From: an uncultured Acidimicrobiia bacterium
Lineage (GTDB): Bacteria > Actinomycetota > Acidimicrobiia > Spongiisociales > UBA11373
Assembly: GCA_963796115.1 (NCBI GenBank)
Contig: CAWCKE010000007.1
Span: forward strand, 100,382-164,381
Length of the DNA stretch: 64,000 nt
Direction: 5' to 3'
Shown: piece after piece, positions 34,218-44,204 of the stretch
How positions within the stretch are numbered: the stretch's first letter is position 1
How the letters are laid out: each line of letters starts with the position of its first letter
Translations under genes and position numbers: made by a program
The notes under the pieces: generated by a model
Database searches by the model: none
What the model was told of the DNA's origin: nothing
The model's input: only the letters and a program-made list of their open reading frames with translations

Positions 34218-36588
34218 GTGGAACTGCGTCCCTTCCGCCACACCACCGCCGGGAGCCTGGAGGAGGCGGCGGCGCTGCTCGGCGACGCCGGCACCCGGGC
34301 GGTGGCGGGCGGCACCGACCTGCTGGGGGTGCTGCGGGACAACATCCACCCCGACTATCCCGGGCTGCTGGTCGATCTCAAGCGGATCCCCGGCCTGGGG
34401 CACATCGAGGCGGAGGGCCGCCGGCTGCGCATCGGCGCCCTGACCACGCTGGCCGAGGTGGCGGAGCACCCGGCGGTGCGGGAGGCCTGGCCTGCCCTGG
34501 CGGCCGCCGCCCGCGCGGTGGCCTCGCCGCAGATCCGCAACGTGGCCACCGTGGGCGGCAACATCTGCCAGGAGCCGCGCTGCTGGTACTACCGCGTACC
34601 CGGAGAACCAGTTCCACTGCTCCCGCAAGGGGGGCAACGCCTGCCCGGCGATGATGGGGGAGAATCGCTACCACTCCGTCTTCGGGGCGATGCGGGCCAT
34701 CGAGGCCCCGTGCACCCGCGACTGCCCGGCTCACATCGACATCGCCGCCTACCTGAGCCTGCTGCGGCGAGGGGACCGGGACGGGGCGGCCGCCCTGGTG
34801 CTGGAGCGCAACCCGATCCCGGCGGTCACCGGGCGGGTCTGCCCGCACTACTGCGAGGCGGGCTGCAACCGGAACCACTACGACGAGTCGGTGTCCGTGC
34901 GCTCGGTGGAGCGCGGGGTCGGCGACTACGTCCTGGAGCACCCCGGCCGCTTCTACCGGGCCCCGCGCCGGCGCACGCGGCCGGCACGTGGCAGTGGTGG
35001 GCTCCGGGCCGGCGGGGCTCTCGGCCGCCTACTTCCTGCGCCGCCTGGGCCACGAGGTCACCGTGTTCGACTCCATGCCCGAGGCCGGGGGGATGCTCGT
35101 CTACGGGATCCCCGCCTACCGGCTGCCGCCCGAGGTCGTGCGTCGCCAGGTGGCCGCCCTCGAGGGCATGGGCATCACCTTCCGCCTGGGCGCCCGGGTC
35201 GGGGAGCGGGGCCTGTCGCTGGCCACCCTGCGGCGCCGCCACGACGGGGTGTTCCTGGCCACGGGAGCCTGGGTGCAGAAGGCGCTGGGCCTGGCCCACG
35301 AGGGGCTCCTGACCCCGGGGCTGGACTTCCTGCGGGGGATACGCGAGGGGACGGTCGCCGGGGTCGGCCGCCGGGTGCTGGTGATCGGCGGGGGCAACGT
35401 GGCCCTGGACGTGGCCATCTCCGCCCTGCGCCTCGGGGCGGCGGAGGTCACGGTCGCCTGCCTGGAGCGGCGCGACGAGATGCCCGCCTTCCCCGAGGAT
35501 GTCGAGCAGGCGCTGCGCGAGAAGGTCGAGCTCCTGCCCTCCTGGGGCCCCCGGCGGGTGCTGGTGCGCGGCGGTGGCCTGGCCGGCATGGAGCTGGCCC
35601 GCTGCACGTCGGTGTTCGACTCCGCCGGGCGGTTCGCCCCCGTGCTCGACCAGCGGGAGCGGCGCACGGTGCGCGCCGACCAGGTCATCCTGGCGATCGG
35701 CCAGGGAGCCGACCTGTCGTATGCGGCGGGCGCCGCTCCGTGGGCCCGGCCGGCTGGTGGTGGACGAGGAGACCGGGGCCACGGCCCTGCGGGGCGTCTT
35801 CGCCGGGGGCGACGCCGCCGGCGGGGCGGCCACTGTGGTGGCTGCCGTGGCCCAGGGCCGGAGGGCGGCGCTGGCGCTGGATCGCCACCTGGGCGGGCGC
35901 GGCGCACTGCCCGTGACCTCACCGAACGGGCCGTCCTTCCTCGAGGAGAACCCGGCGTCGGGCGCGCATTCGGCCCGGGCGTCGCCCGACGAGATCCCGC
36001 CGGCCCAGACGGTCGATCGACCGTGAGGACACGACCACGCTGCCCTGGTCCACGCTGGACGCCGAGTCCCGGCGCTGCTTCAACTGCGGGGGTTGTGTCG
36101 CCGTCAACGCCTCCGACCTGGCCCCGGTCCTGGTGGCCCTGGGGGCGGCCGTCCACACCACTCAACGCGTCATACCTGCGGGGGAGTTCTTCGCCGTCGG
36201 CTCCCGGGCGACCACGATCCTGGCGCCCGGCGAGCTGGTGCGGGAGGTGGTGGTGCCGCGCCCCCGCCCCGGTACGCGGCAGTGCTACCTGAAGTTCCGC
36301 ACCCGGCACTCGATCGACTTCCCTATCGCCTCCGTGGCAGCGGTGGTCACCGAGGCCGGCGGGCTGGTGGCAGGGGCACGCCTGGCCCTGGGTGCCGTGG
36401 CGCCGATCCCGCTGCGGGCCACGGCGGCCGAGGAGCACCTGCGCGGCCGGCGCCTCGACGCCGCCACGGCCGCCGAGGCAGCCGCCCTGGCCGTGGCCGA
36501 TGCCACGCCGCTCGGGGAGAACCGCTACAAGGTGGCCGTGCTCCAGGCCCTGGTGCGCCGTGCGCTGCAAGGGATGTCCGACCGATGA
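34218..36588 (+). CDS. Molybdoenzyme FAD subunit with an inserted GltD-like Fe-S/NAD(P)H oxidoreductase module (several frameshifts)
   Basis: AGGTDL, QIRNVATVGGNICQ; then PC...CP, GRVCPHYCE..C, GSGPAG, GGGNVA, GGD, RCFNCG; then SDLAPVL...KFRTRHSIDF, LGAVAP.P. Confidence 0.85.
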
Positions 36589-37256
36589 CGGACATCCTCG
36601 CCCCGGGCCCCGACGGCCGCCTGCGCTGCTGGTGGGGGGTGGGCAGCGACGAGACGTACCTGCGCTACCACGACGAGGAGTGGGGCCGGCCGGTCACCGA
36701 GGACCGCCGGCTGTTCGAGATGCTGGTGCTCGAGGGCTTCCAGGCCGGCCTGTCGTGGTCCACGATCCTGCGCAAACGGGAGGCCTTCCGGGCCGCCTTC
36801 GCCGGGTTCGATCCGGCCTCAGTGGCCGCCTTCGGTGAGCGCGATGTCGAACGGCTGCTCGGCGACGCCGGGATCGTGCGCCATCGAGGGAAGATCGAGG
36901 CGGCGGTCGCCAACGCTCGTGCCGGCCTGGCGGTCATCGCCGAGGCCGGGTCGCTGGCCGGCTACTTCTGGCCGTGGGCGGTGGGCGCCGGCCCGCGCCG
37001 CGCTCGCTCGGCGACATCCCTGCCGAGACCCCGCAGTCCAAGGGCGCTGAGCCGCGACCTCAAGCGGCGGGGCTTCTCATTCGTCGGCCCCACGATCGTG
37101 TACGCCTTCATGCAGGCGGTCGGCCTGGCGGACGACCACGCGGAAGGATGCATCGTGCGTGCCCGGGTCGAGGCGCAGCGGCGGCCGATACTGCGGCGGT
37201 TCGGGATCACCCCGGCGTCGGGGCGGCCTCTGCGGTTGCCTCCGCCGGGTGGCTAG
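36585..37256 (+). CDS. tag: DNA-3-methyladenine glycosylase I
   Basis: YHDEEWG, LEGFQAGLSW, IVRHRGKI, GFSFVGPT...QAVG...DH..GC. Confidence 0.92.
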   Translation: MTDILAPGPDGRLRCWWGVGSDETYLRYHDEEWGRPVTEDRRLFEMLVLEGFQAGLSWSTILRKREAFRAAFAGFDPASVAAFGERDVERLLGDAGIVRHRGKIEAAVANARAGLAVIAEAGSLAGYFWPWAVGAGPRRARSATSLPRPRSPRALSRDLKRRGFSFVGPTIVYAFMQAVGLADDHAEGCIVRARVEAQRRPILRRFGITPASGRPLRLPPPGG

Positions 37257-37287
37257 CGTCGTCGGCGCCTCGGCAGGATGGAGTCGG

Positions 37288-38077
37288 GTGAGCTTCGAGC
37301 AGGCCAGCGCGGTGCGTCGCCAGGGTGAGACCACCTGGGCGGCGGAGATCGCCCCGGGCTGGGACATCATGGGCAGCGCCGACGGCGGCTACACGCTGGC
37401 CATCGCCGCGCGGGCGGCGGCGGAAGCCGCCGGGCGCCCAGACCCGGTGACGGTGACCGCCCACTACCTGGCACCGGGCCGCCCGGGGCCGGTGACGGTC
37501 GAGGCATCGGTTGATCCGCCGCGGCGGCCGTTTCAGCACCGTGGCCGCGACGCTCGCCTCGGCCGAGCGGCGGCCGCTGCTCGCCCTGCTCGGCACCTTC
37601 GCCGAACTCGGGGGCTACGACGGGCCGGAGCGGGTGGAGGCCTCCCCGCCGCCGTTGCCCCCTCCCGAGGAGTGTGTGCAGGTGGTGCCCACGGACACGT
37701 TCCCCCCGCCCTTCATGGGGAGGGTGGAGCTGCGCCTCGACCCGGCCGACGACGTGTTCGGCGGCGTGGCCGGCCCGCCGCGGGTGAGAGGCTGGTTCCG
37801 CTTCCCCGCGGGTGAGGCGGTGGACACCATCGGCCTTCTGGTGGCGGTGGATGCCTTTCCGCCGACCGTGCTGCGCTCCGGGCTGCCTTTCGGCTGGGTG
37901 CCGACGGTGGAGTTGACCGCCCACGTGCGGGCACGTCCGGAGCCCGGCTGGCTGCGCTGCGCCTTCACGACGCGTTTCATCACGGGCGGCTTCCTGGAGG
38001 AGGACGGCGAACTGTGGGATGTCACCGGCAGGCTGGTGGCGCAGTCCCGCCAACTGGCGCTGCTCCCCAGAGGATGA
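37288..38077 (+). CDS. Acyl-CoA thioesterase family (TesB-like double hotdog; frameshift near 37510)
   Basis: GW....GGY, DAFPP, WVPTVELTAH, EEDGELWD..G.LVAQSRQ. Confidence 0.85.
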
Positions 38078-38283
38078 GGTGTCGGCAGCCCAGGGTGGCA
38101 GGACCTTACCTGTCCGCGCTGGGTTCTCACGCCAGGTCAGGCCGCCGCAGCCGTCCGTGGCGGGGGTTTGTTGTCACACACGCAAGAGAGCAGACTGGAT
38201 AGGCGGTGCCGGACCCGAGACGAAATCTGAAATGGAGTTGGCGACCCGAAAAGCGCCCGACGTCGCCGGTCTCGAGGGCCGAG

Positions 38284-39204
38284 ATGAGCAGAACTGAGAA
38301 GACGGTGCCGACCGGGGCTGGGCAGCACCGATTGCTGGTGCGTTACATGTGGATGTCGCTGGGGGCGGCAGTGTCGACGATCGGCCTCAAGGTTCTCGCC
38401 GCGGTGATCACCGGCTCGGTGGGGTTTCTGTCCGACGCGATGGAGTCGGGAGTCAACCTGATCGCAGCGGTGGTGGGTCTCGGGGCGCTGGCGGTGGCGG
38501 CTCGGCCGCCGGACACCACCCATGAGTTCGGGCATGGCAAGGCCGAGTACCTGTCCGCCGGGGTGGAGGGTGCTCTGGTCTTCGTGGCGGCCGGGGGGAT
38601 CCTCTGGACGTCCATTCAACGGCTGCTTCACCCGATGCCCCTCGAGCAGGTCGGATGGGGTTTCGGCCTGTCGACCGGGGCATCGCTCGTCAACCTGGGG
38701 GTGGGGCTCCTCTTGGTGCGTGCGGGTCGCCGGCACCGTTCGATGGTGCTGGTGGCGGACGGCAGGCACCTGCTCACCGATGTGTGGACGTCGGCCGGTG
38801 TGCTGGTGGGCATCGCCCTGGTCGCCATCTTCGGCTGGCAGCCACTGGATCCGATCGTGGCTCTGCTGGTGGGCGTCAACATCCTGCGCATCGGCTACGA
38901 CCTCGTTCGGCGATCGCTCTCCGGTCTGCTCGACGCAGCCCTCCCTGCGGAGGACATAGCACGGATTGAGGCCGTCCTCGACCGCTACCGCAACGCGGAG
39001 GTGCGGATCGACGTGGCCCGGACCCGTGAAGCTGGGCGCCAACGATTCGCGTATCTGAACCTGACGGTCCCCGGAGATTGGCCCGTCACCCGAAGCCATG
39101 TGCTGGCGGATGATCTTGAGGGCGACATCGACCGCGAGCTGCCCGGAAGTACGGCGTTCATTCACATGGAACCCGCCTCCGAATCGCCACCCAGAAGCTC
39201 CTGA
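38284..39204 (+). CDS. Cation diffusion facilitator (FieF/MntE-like) metal exporter
   Basis: TGSVGFLSDAMES, PPD..H.FGHGKAEY, HLLTD, LDP, H.EP. Confidence 0.92.
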   Translation: MSRTEKTVPTGAGQHRLLVRYMWMSLGAAVSTIGLKVLAAVITGSVGFLSDAMESGVNLIAAVVGLGALAVAARPPDTTHEFGHGKAEYLSAGVEGALVFVAAGGILWTSIQRLLHPMPLEQVGWGFGLSTGASLVNLGVGLLLVRAGRRHRSMVLVADGRHLLTDVWTSAGVLVGIALVAIFGWQPLDPIVALLVGVNILRIGYDLVRRSLSGLLDAALPAEDIARIEAVLDRYRNAEVRIDVARTREAGRQRFAYLNLTVPGDWPVTRSHVLADDLEGDIDRELPGSTAFIHMEPASESPPRSS

Positions 39205-39658
39205 GGGGCTACCCGTCGGGAGCGGCGCTGAGCAGTAGCCGGGCATCAGCGGAAGGCGGCCCTTCCTCCAGCATCGGGCATCGAGTCCGAAGAACCTGTC
39301 GTCGGACATTCAACCCGATGCACTAATCCGATCTGCCTAGCGGTCGATTGGGTGAGATAGCGGCCCCGTGTGTGGTTGGGACCCACAAGGCCCCGGGGCG
39401 TTCGGTTGTCTTCACGCAACACATTCACACTGCAGCTCGGGCGACGGTGACGTCGGAGGCCCCTCGGGACCCCCTCGAAAGCATCACCACGGTTATGCCT
39501 TCTCCCTGGCCTTGCCTCACGCGGCCTGGAGCGCCCCACTGGATCCCCTGGGGCGGCAGCGAATCCCCGGCCGCGCAGGGTGGGGGAGGGTCTCCCAGGA
39601 ACGCAGATCACCTCTTCCCGCCGTCAAGCGAGGGAGCACGGGAGAGGACGAAGTCCGC

Positions 39659-39796
39659 TCAGTCCAGAGCCACCACGAGCACAGTCACCACTGCCACCAA
39701 CACCATCGCCAAGCCTACGAGCCATGCCACTACCCGTACCGTGTCCGGCTGGCTACGCGGCGATTGGGCCGGTGGTGAGTCACTCTGGTAGGTCAT
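39659..39796 (-). CDS. Small single-TM membrane protein (45 aa, not in ORF track)
   Basis: AAGGAG RBS, then MTYQSDSPPAQSPRSQPDTVRVVAWLVGLAMVLVAVVTVLVVALD-stop. Confidence 0.6.
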   Translation of the reverse strand: MTYQSDSPPAQSPRSQPDTVRVVAWLVGLAMVLVAVVTVLVVALD

Positions 39797-39845
39797 CTCG
39801 CTCCTTTGTTGGACCGACTACGAACTCCCCCGACGAGGCCGGTGG

Positions 39846-40127
39846 TCACTCGCCCCCGAGCACGTCGCCCAACAGGCCCCGCAGCCCGCCCTTCTTGCCC
39901 TGCCTGCCCGACCAACGGCCACCCTCGTGGTAGTGGTCCCGGTGCTGGTCGTCGTGGTCGTGGTCGTCGTCATCGTCGTGGTGGCGGCGGCGCTCCCTAC
40001 CCGCGCTCGACTGCAGACGGGCCGCCACCATCTCGACAAGTGCCCTGGCTTTGGCTGGAGGCAGGTCGAACGCTTCGACGACCTCCCTGACGATCTCGTC
40101 CACTGTCTCCTCCTCAATGTGATCCAT
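39846..40127 (-). CDS. Small His/Asp-rich hypothetical protein
   Basis: Helical N-terminus, then HHDDDDDHDHDDQHRDHYHE and a GLRGLLGDVLGGE tail; GC3-rich codons. Confidence 0.6.
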   Translation of the reverse strand: MDHIEEETVDEIVREVVEAFDLPPAKARALVEMVAARLQSSAGRERRRHHDDDDDHDHDDQHRDHYHEGGRWSGRQGKKGGLRGLLGDVLGGE

Positions 40128-40547
40128 GAAACAGTAGCGGCGCTGGCCCACGACGACCGGCCTGCTATGCGCCGCGCCTCAAGGATTCAAGCACGTGAAC
40201 GTCCCTGCCCCCTTGCGACCCCACCAGACCCACACCCAGTTGCCTGATCTGCCACGCTGACGGGGTGGGCAATGCCCCTCGGGTGCGGGCGGTGCCCGAC
40301 CACTCCACGCTGGCGGACGACCGGGCGGTGTGCCTTAGCTACCGTTTCCAGGGTTGAGTGCCTGCCGACATGCTCGTCCTCCGCGACGCCGGAGAACAGA
40401 GAGGCCGCGGATCCCCTCAGTACCCCTGTCGAAAGGTGGTCGGCCTGGCCTTCACGCTGCGGGCCCCTTCTTCAGGGCACCGAGCGGTGGTTCCATTGAG
40501 CGGGTCTTGATCGATCGGGGATCCGCTAGCAGAGGTTGGGAGTCCGC

Positions 40548-41551
40548 TCAGCGGGCGGGATCGTCGTGGGAGCGCTCGACCACCGGCACGCCGAGAGCTT
40601 TGACGCGACGCAGGCTGAACACGATGGCGGCGATGAGCATTGTGACAATCACCGCCAGCGAAACGTAGGTATTCATGTGGTACCAGTGCGAGATCGCCAT
40701 CTTGGTCCCGACGAAGATCAGGATGCCGCCGAGGGCGTGCGAGAGGTAGTGGAAGCGTTCCTTGGCATTGGCGAGCAGGAAGTACATCGCTCGTAGGCCC
40801 AGAATGGCGAAGGCGTTCGAGGCGAAGACGAGAAACGGCTCATTCGATACGGCCAGGATCGCCGGCACTGAGTCGACGGCGAAGATGATGTCGGTGACCT
40901 CGACGACGAACGAGCGCGGCCAGCAACGGGGTGGCGGCCCGTCTGCCGTTGAGCCTGGTGAAGAACTTCTGCCCGTCGAGCTCGTCGGTGACCGGCATGA
41001 TCTTGCTGCAGGATGCCGAGACCGCGGGTCGCCTCGTCCTTGCCCTCGCTGGTCGCGGTGGCGGACGATCTTGACTCCGGTGTAGACAAGGAACGACACC
41101 GAACACGAGCAGTATCCACCAGAAGCGGCCGATGAGCGCGGTGCCGAGCGAGGATGAAGCCCGCTCGCAGGGCAAGAGCACCGAAGATGCCCCAGAACAG
41201 GACCCGGTGCTGGTACTTCAGCGGGATCGAGAGGGTGGCGAACAGCATCGACCACACGAACACGTTGTCGACGCTGAGGGACTTCTCGATGAGGTAGCCG
41301 CTGATGTACTCGCCGAACGCGTCGCTGCCGAAGGCAATTGCCATCACCGCCGAGAAGGCGAGCCCGCCCGCTACCCAAACGATCGACTCAACAAGGGCCT
41401 GTCTCGGCGAAGGAGCGTGGGCCTCGCGATGCCTGAACAGATCGATGGCCAGCATGACGAGGATCACGAGGAGGAGCGCTATCCACGCTCCGGCCGGCAC
41501 GTCGAGATCGACCAGCGTCGAGCGGTCGGTTCCGGTCGCTGCGATCATCAA
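40548..41551 (-). CDS. TerC/Alx-family metal transport membrane protein (several frameshifts)
   Basis: EKSLSVDNVFV, QHRVLFWGIFGA, TDIIFAVDSVPA, SNAFAILGLRAMYF. Confidence 0.92.
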
Positions 41552-41587
41552 CTGGAGATCCTTTCGACTGTCTCAAGAGCGGGACAG

Positions 41588-41682
41588 GCGAAGGTCTCGC
41601 TCCCGCATCGAGAAGCGGTCGGGGGGCCGGGCAGTTGACTGCCGTACTGACGACCTACCCCATGGGGCCACTCCCCTTCGAC
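41588..41682 (-). promoter_or_regulatory. yybP-ykoY (Mn2+-sensing) riboswitch
   Basis: Minus strand reads GAAGGGGAGTGGCC...GTCGTCAGTACGGC...CCCGGC...GCGAGACCTTC, the yybP-ykoY consensus, upstream of TerC; CATACT -10 just upstream. Confidence 0.9.
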
Positions 41683-41970
41683 CGGCGGGAGTATGCCGGA
41701 ACGAGAACCGTGTCACAAGGCGGAGACTGCCCTGCAGCGCGGGGACCGGCGACCCAAGGTTCTTGGGCGCGTTCGCGGCTAGGTGATCCGAGCCCTCGAT
41801 GCTCGGGGATGCCCACTGTCGAGCAGAACAAGGGCCCTGATTGTGTCCGACGCCTTGACGATCCGTCGGCTCGAACAGCAGAACAGCCGCGGGGGTCTCG
41901 TTAGGAGCCCCTCTGGACCCCCCCACCTTCCCGGAGGGGTGTACTTGGTGAGCAGCAGCCCAGGGCGGGA

Positions 41971-42085
41971 CTCCCTCCCCCACGGCGGTGGGGGAGGGTT
42001 GGGGTGGGGGCAGCACGTGCCGAGGCCTTGGTGGGGCTCACCCCCTCTGCCCTTCGGGCATCTCCCCCGCTGGGGCGGGGGAGAG
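41971..42085. repeat. Pair of REP-like palindromic elements in opposite orientation
   Basis: CCCTCCCCCAC-GGCG-GTGGGGGAGGG (41973-41998) and CCCCCTCTGCCCTTCGGGCATCTCCCCCGCTGGGGCGGGGGAGA (42041-42084). Confidence 0.6.
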
Positions 42086-42137
42086 ATCGCTCCGAGCAGG
42101 GGTGACATTGTGAGGCGTCTGCCCGGGTCGCTGCCGC

Positions 42138-42671
42138 CTAACCCTCGACCACTTCGACGATGAGGTGCCCCGGGATGCCGCTTGCCTCCTCCCAGATCCG
42201 GTAGATGCCGGGCGGCACGTCGGGGATGAGGATCTCCGCAGTCACGGGGACGGGGACCCCGAGGCCTGCGAGGGTTGTGGTCACGCCGGGTTCCACTTGG
42301 ATGGCCTGCGCTGCAAACGGGTCGACTGCACGCACTAGTTGGTAGGTGTCGATCCACCGGGAGCCATCCCAGCACTGCCAGATGACGTCCAGGCCGACGA
42401 AGGCACCCGAGGGAAGGCCGGCATCACTCACCCGCAGGGTGGCCCTGGTCCCCGGGGCGACCGGATTGGGCTCGAGAGTCATCGAGATCAGCGATGGGGC
42501 TCCGATCTCGGCCGGCGGCGGCGACTGGCACACCCTGGGCGCGGTGGTCGTCTCGGCTGTTGTTGCCGTGCCATCGACCGGTGCCGTCGACCCGTCGGCG
42601 GGCTCGCTCTGTCCGCCGTTGCAGCCAGACAGGAGGGCCAGTGCTGCAATCAGGGTCACCATGCGACGCAT
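42138..42671 (-). CDS. Hypothetical lipoprotein (Ig-like C-terminus)
   Basis: MRRMVTLIAALALLSGC lipobox, Thr-rich linker, IPDVPPGIYRI. Confidence 0.7.
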   Translation of the reverse strand: MRRMVTLIAALALLSGCNGGQSEPADGSTAPVDGTATTAETTTAPRVCQSPPPAEIGAPSLISMTLEPNPVAPGTRATLRVSDAGLPSGAFVGLDVIWQCWDGSRWIDTYQLVRAVDPFAAQAIQVEPGVTTTLAGLGVPVPVTAEILIPDVPPGIYRIWEEASGIPGHLIVEVVEG

Positions 42672-42784
42672 CGGCCGCCTCTCCGACCGGCAAGGGTACG
42701 CCGTTGGCTGTCTCACGGGTGCTCGACCTCTGGGCCTGCGTCCCGCATCTCTCACGATGCGGACCCACCGGGTGCCGGGCGCGT

Positions 42785-43636
42785 CTAGACGGAGGGCGGC
42801 CCGGCCGAGACGTACTCGGGCCAGAACTCGTAGTCCCGCAGCGGCCAGCCGATTGCCTCGAGCCACCAGGTGGCCCCGGCCTCGGCGTAAGGCCCCACCA
42901 CTTCGGCGGCTGGGGCCTCAGAGCCGCTCAGGCTCTCGCCGACCGCCACCTCGAACGGCGCCGGTGAGGAGCGGTGCTCCATCGTGTAGGTGACGATCTC
43001 GCGCAGCTCGGCGGGGGTGGGAGAGCGGTACTCGCTGGCCGGGTCATCGACCAACGGGACCACCCCGTCCCAGCGGGCTGCCCGGCGGAAAGGTCGCCGG
43101 TGCGGCCAGGTGCTCCCCACCCAGATGGGGATGCGGGGTTGCTGGAGTGGTCGGGGGAGGAAGCAGGTATCGCTCACGCGGTAGTGCTCCCCCTGGTGGG
43201 AGAAGGGCTCCCCGGACCACAGGCCGGTGAGCACCTCCAGACCCTCGTCGAGTTGTGAAGCCCGCACTCGATTGTCACCGGAGTCGCCGAGGTCGGCGAA
43301 GTCGAGGTCGGGGGGCCAGCCGATGCCGACGCCCAGCACGACCCTGCCGCGGGAGAGATGGTCGAGGGTGACGGTTTGGCGAGCGAGGGTGGTGGGCCGG
43401 CGGCGGGGGAGGGGAGTGATCATCGTCCCGAGGCGGATCCGCTCGGTGGCCTGGGCCACCGCCCCGAGAGCGACCCAGGGGTCGATGACGGGCCCGGCCC
43501 AGTCGCCGGCGCGGATGTGATCCCAGAGGAAGAAGCCTTCCCAGCCGGCGGCCTCGGCGCGCCGGGCAAGGTCGAGGTAGTGGTCGGGGTCGGCGAAGAG
43601 CGCGAAGTTGGGCAGGCAGACGGCGAAGTGCAGCAT
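42785..43636 (-). CDS. LLM-class flavin-dependent oxidoreductase
   Basis: AEAAGWEGFFLWDH, DPW, RIRLGT.ITP, LDHLSRGRVVLGVG.G, P.P.Q.PRIPIWVG. Confidence 0.92.
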   Translation of the reverse strand: MLHFAVCLPNFALFADPDHYLDLARRAEAAGWEGFFLWDHIRAGDWAGPVIDPWVALGAVAQATERIRLGTMITPLPRRRPTTLARQTVTLDHLSRGRVVLGVGIGWPPDLDFADLGDSGDNRVRASQLDEGLEVLTGLWSGEPFSHQGEHYRVSDTCFLPRPLQQPRIPIWVGSTWPHRRPFRRAARWDGVVPLVDDPASEYRSPTPAELREIVTYTMEHRSSPAPFEVAVGESLSGSEAPAAEVVGPYAEAGATWWLEAIGWPLRDYEFWPEYVSAGPPSV

Positions 43637-43678
43637 GTCCCGATGGTACGCGCCCGCCCGGCCGCGGCGGCGCGCGCG

Positions 43679-44065
43679 TCAGCGGTGGTCGTGCCCCTGG
43701 TGCACGGCCTGGTGATCGGCGATCTTCTTGCGGACCTCGTCCATGTCGAGGGCCCGCACCTGGCGGATGAGGTCGGCCAGGACCGGCTCGGGCAGGGCGC
43801 CGGGCTCTGAGTAGAGCGCAATCTGGTCCCGGAAGATCATGAGGGTGGGGATCGAACTGATGCCGTGCACCATGGCCAGGTCCTGCTCGACCTCGGTGTT
43901 CACCTTGGCGAACACAAGGTCGGGGTTCTCCTCGGAGGCCTTCTCGAAGATGGGGGCGAACATCCGGCAGGGGCCGCACCAGGACGCCCAGAAGTCGATG
44001 AGCACCGTCTCGTTGCCGGCGATGGTCGCCTCGAAGTTGTCCTTGGTGAGTTCCACGGTGGGCAT
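43679..44065 (-). CDS. trxA: Thioredoxin
   Basis: DFWASWCGPC, SIPTL; GGAG RBS. Confidence 0.95.
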   Translation of the reverse strand: MPTVELTKDNFEATIAGNETVLIDFWASWCGPCRMFAPIFEKASEENPDLVFAKVNTEVEQDLAMVHGISSIPTLMIFRDQIALYSEPGALPEPVLADLIRQVRALDMDEVRKKIADHQAVHQGHDHR

Positions 44066-44116
44066 GCAGAGATCCTTCTTTTGCTCCAGGGCGCTTCTTG
44101 GTGGCGCCATGCCCTA

Positions 44117-44137
44117 TATAATATCGTCACTGTGACG
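44117..44137. promoter_or_regulatory. Bidirectional -10 (TATAAT +, TATTAT -) followed by palindromic operator CGTCACTGTGACG
   Basis: Seen directly; an identical palindrome recurs at 44477. Confidence 0.7.
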
Positions 44138-44204
44138 GATTATTCCACTCCCTCTCGAAAGTGGGAGGGGAGAGGACCGCGGTCGTGCAGCGCGAGCCGG
44201 CCGG

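Noticed and set aside
39430-39510. Possible fluoride riboswitch (GGCGACGG/GGTGATG-like starts)
   Set aside because: The pseudoknot complement and conserved downstream motif are absent, and there is no fluoride-related gene downstream.
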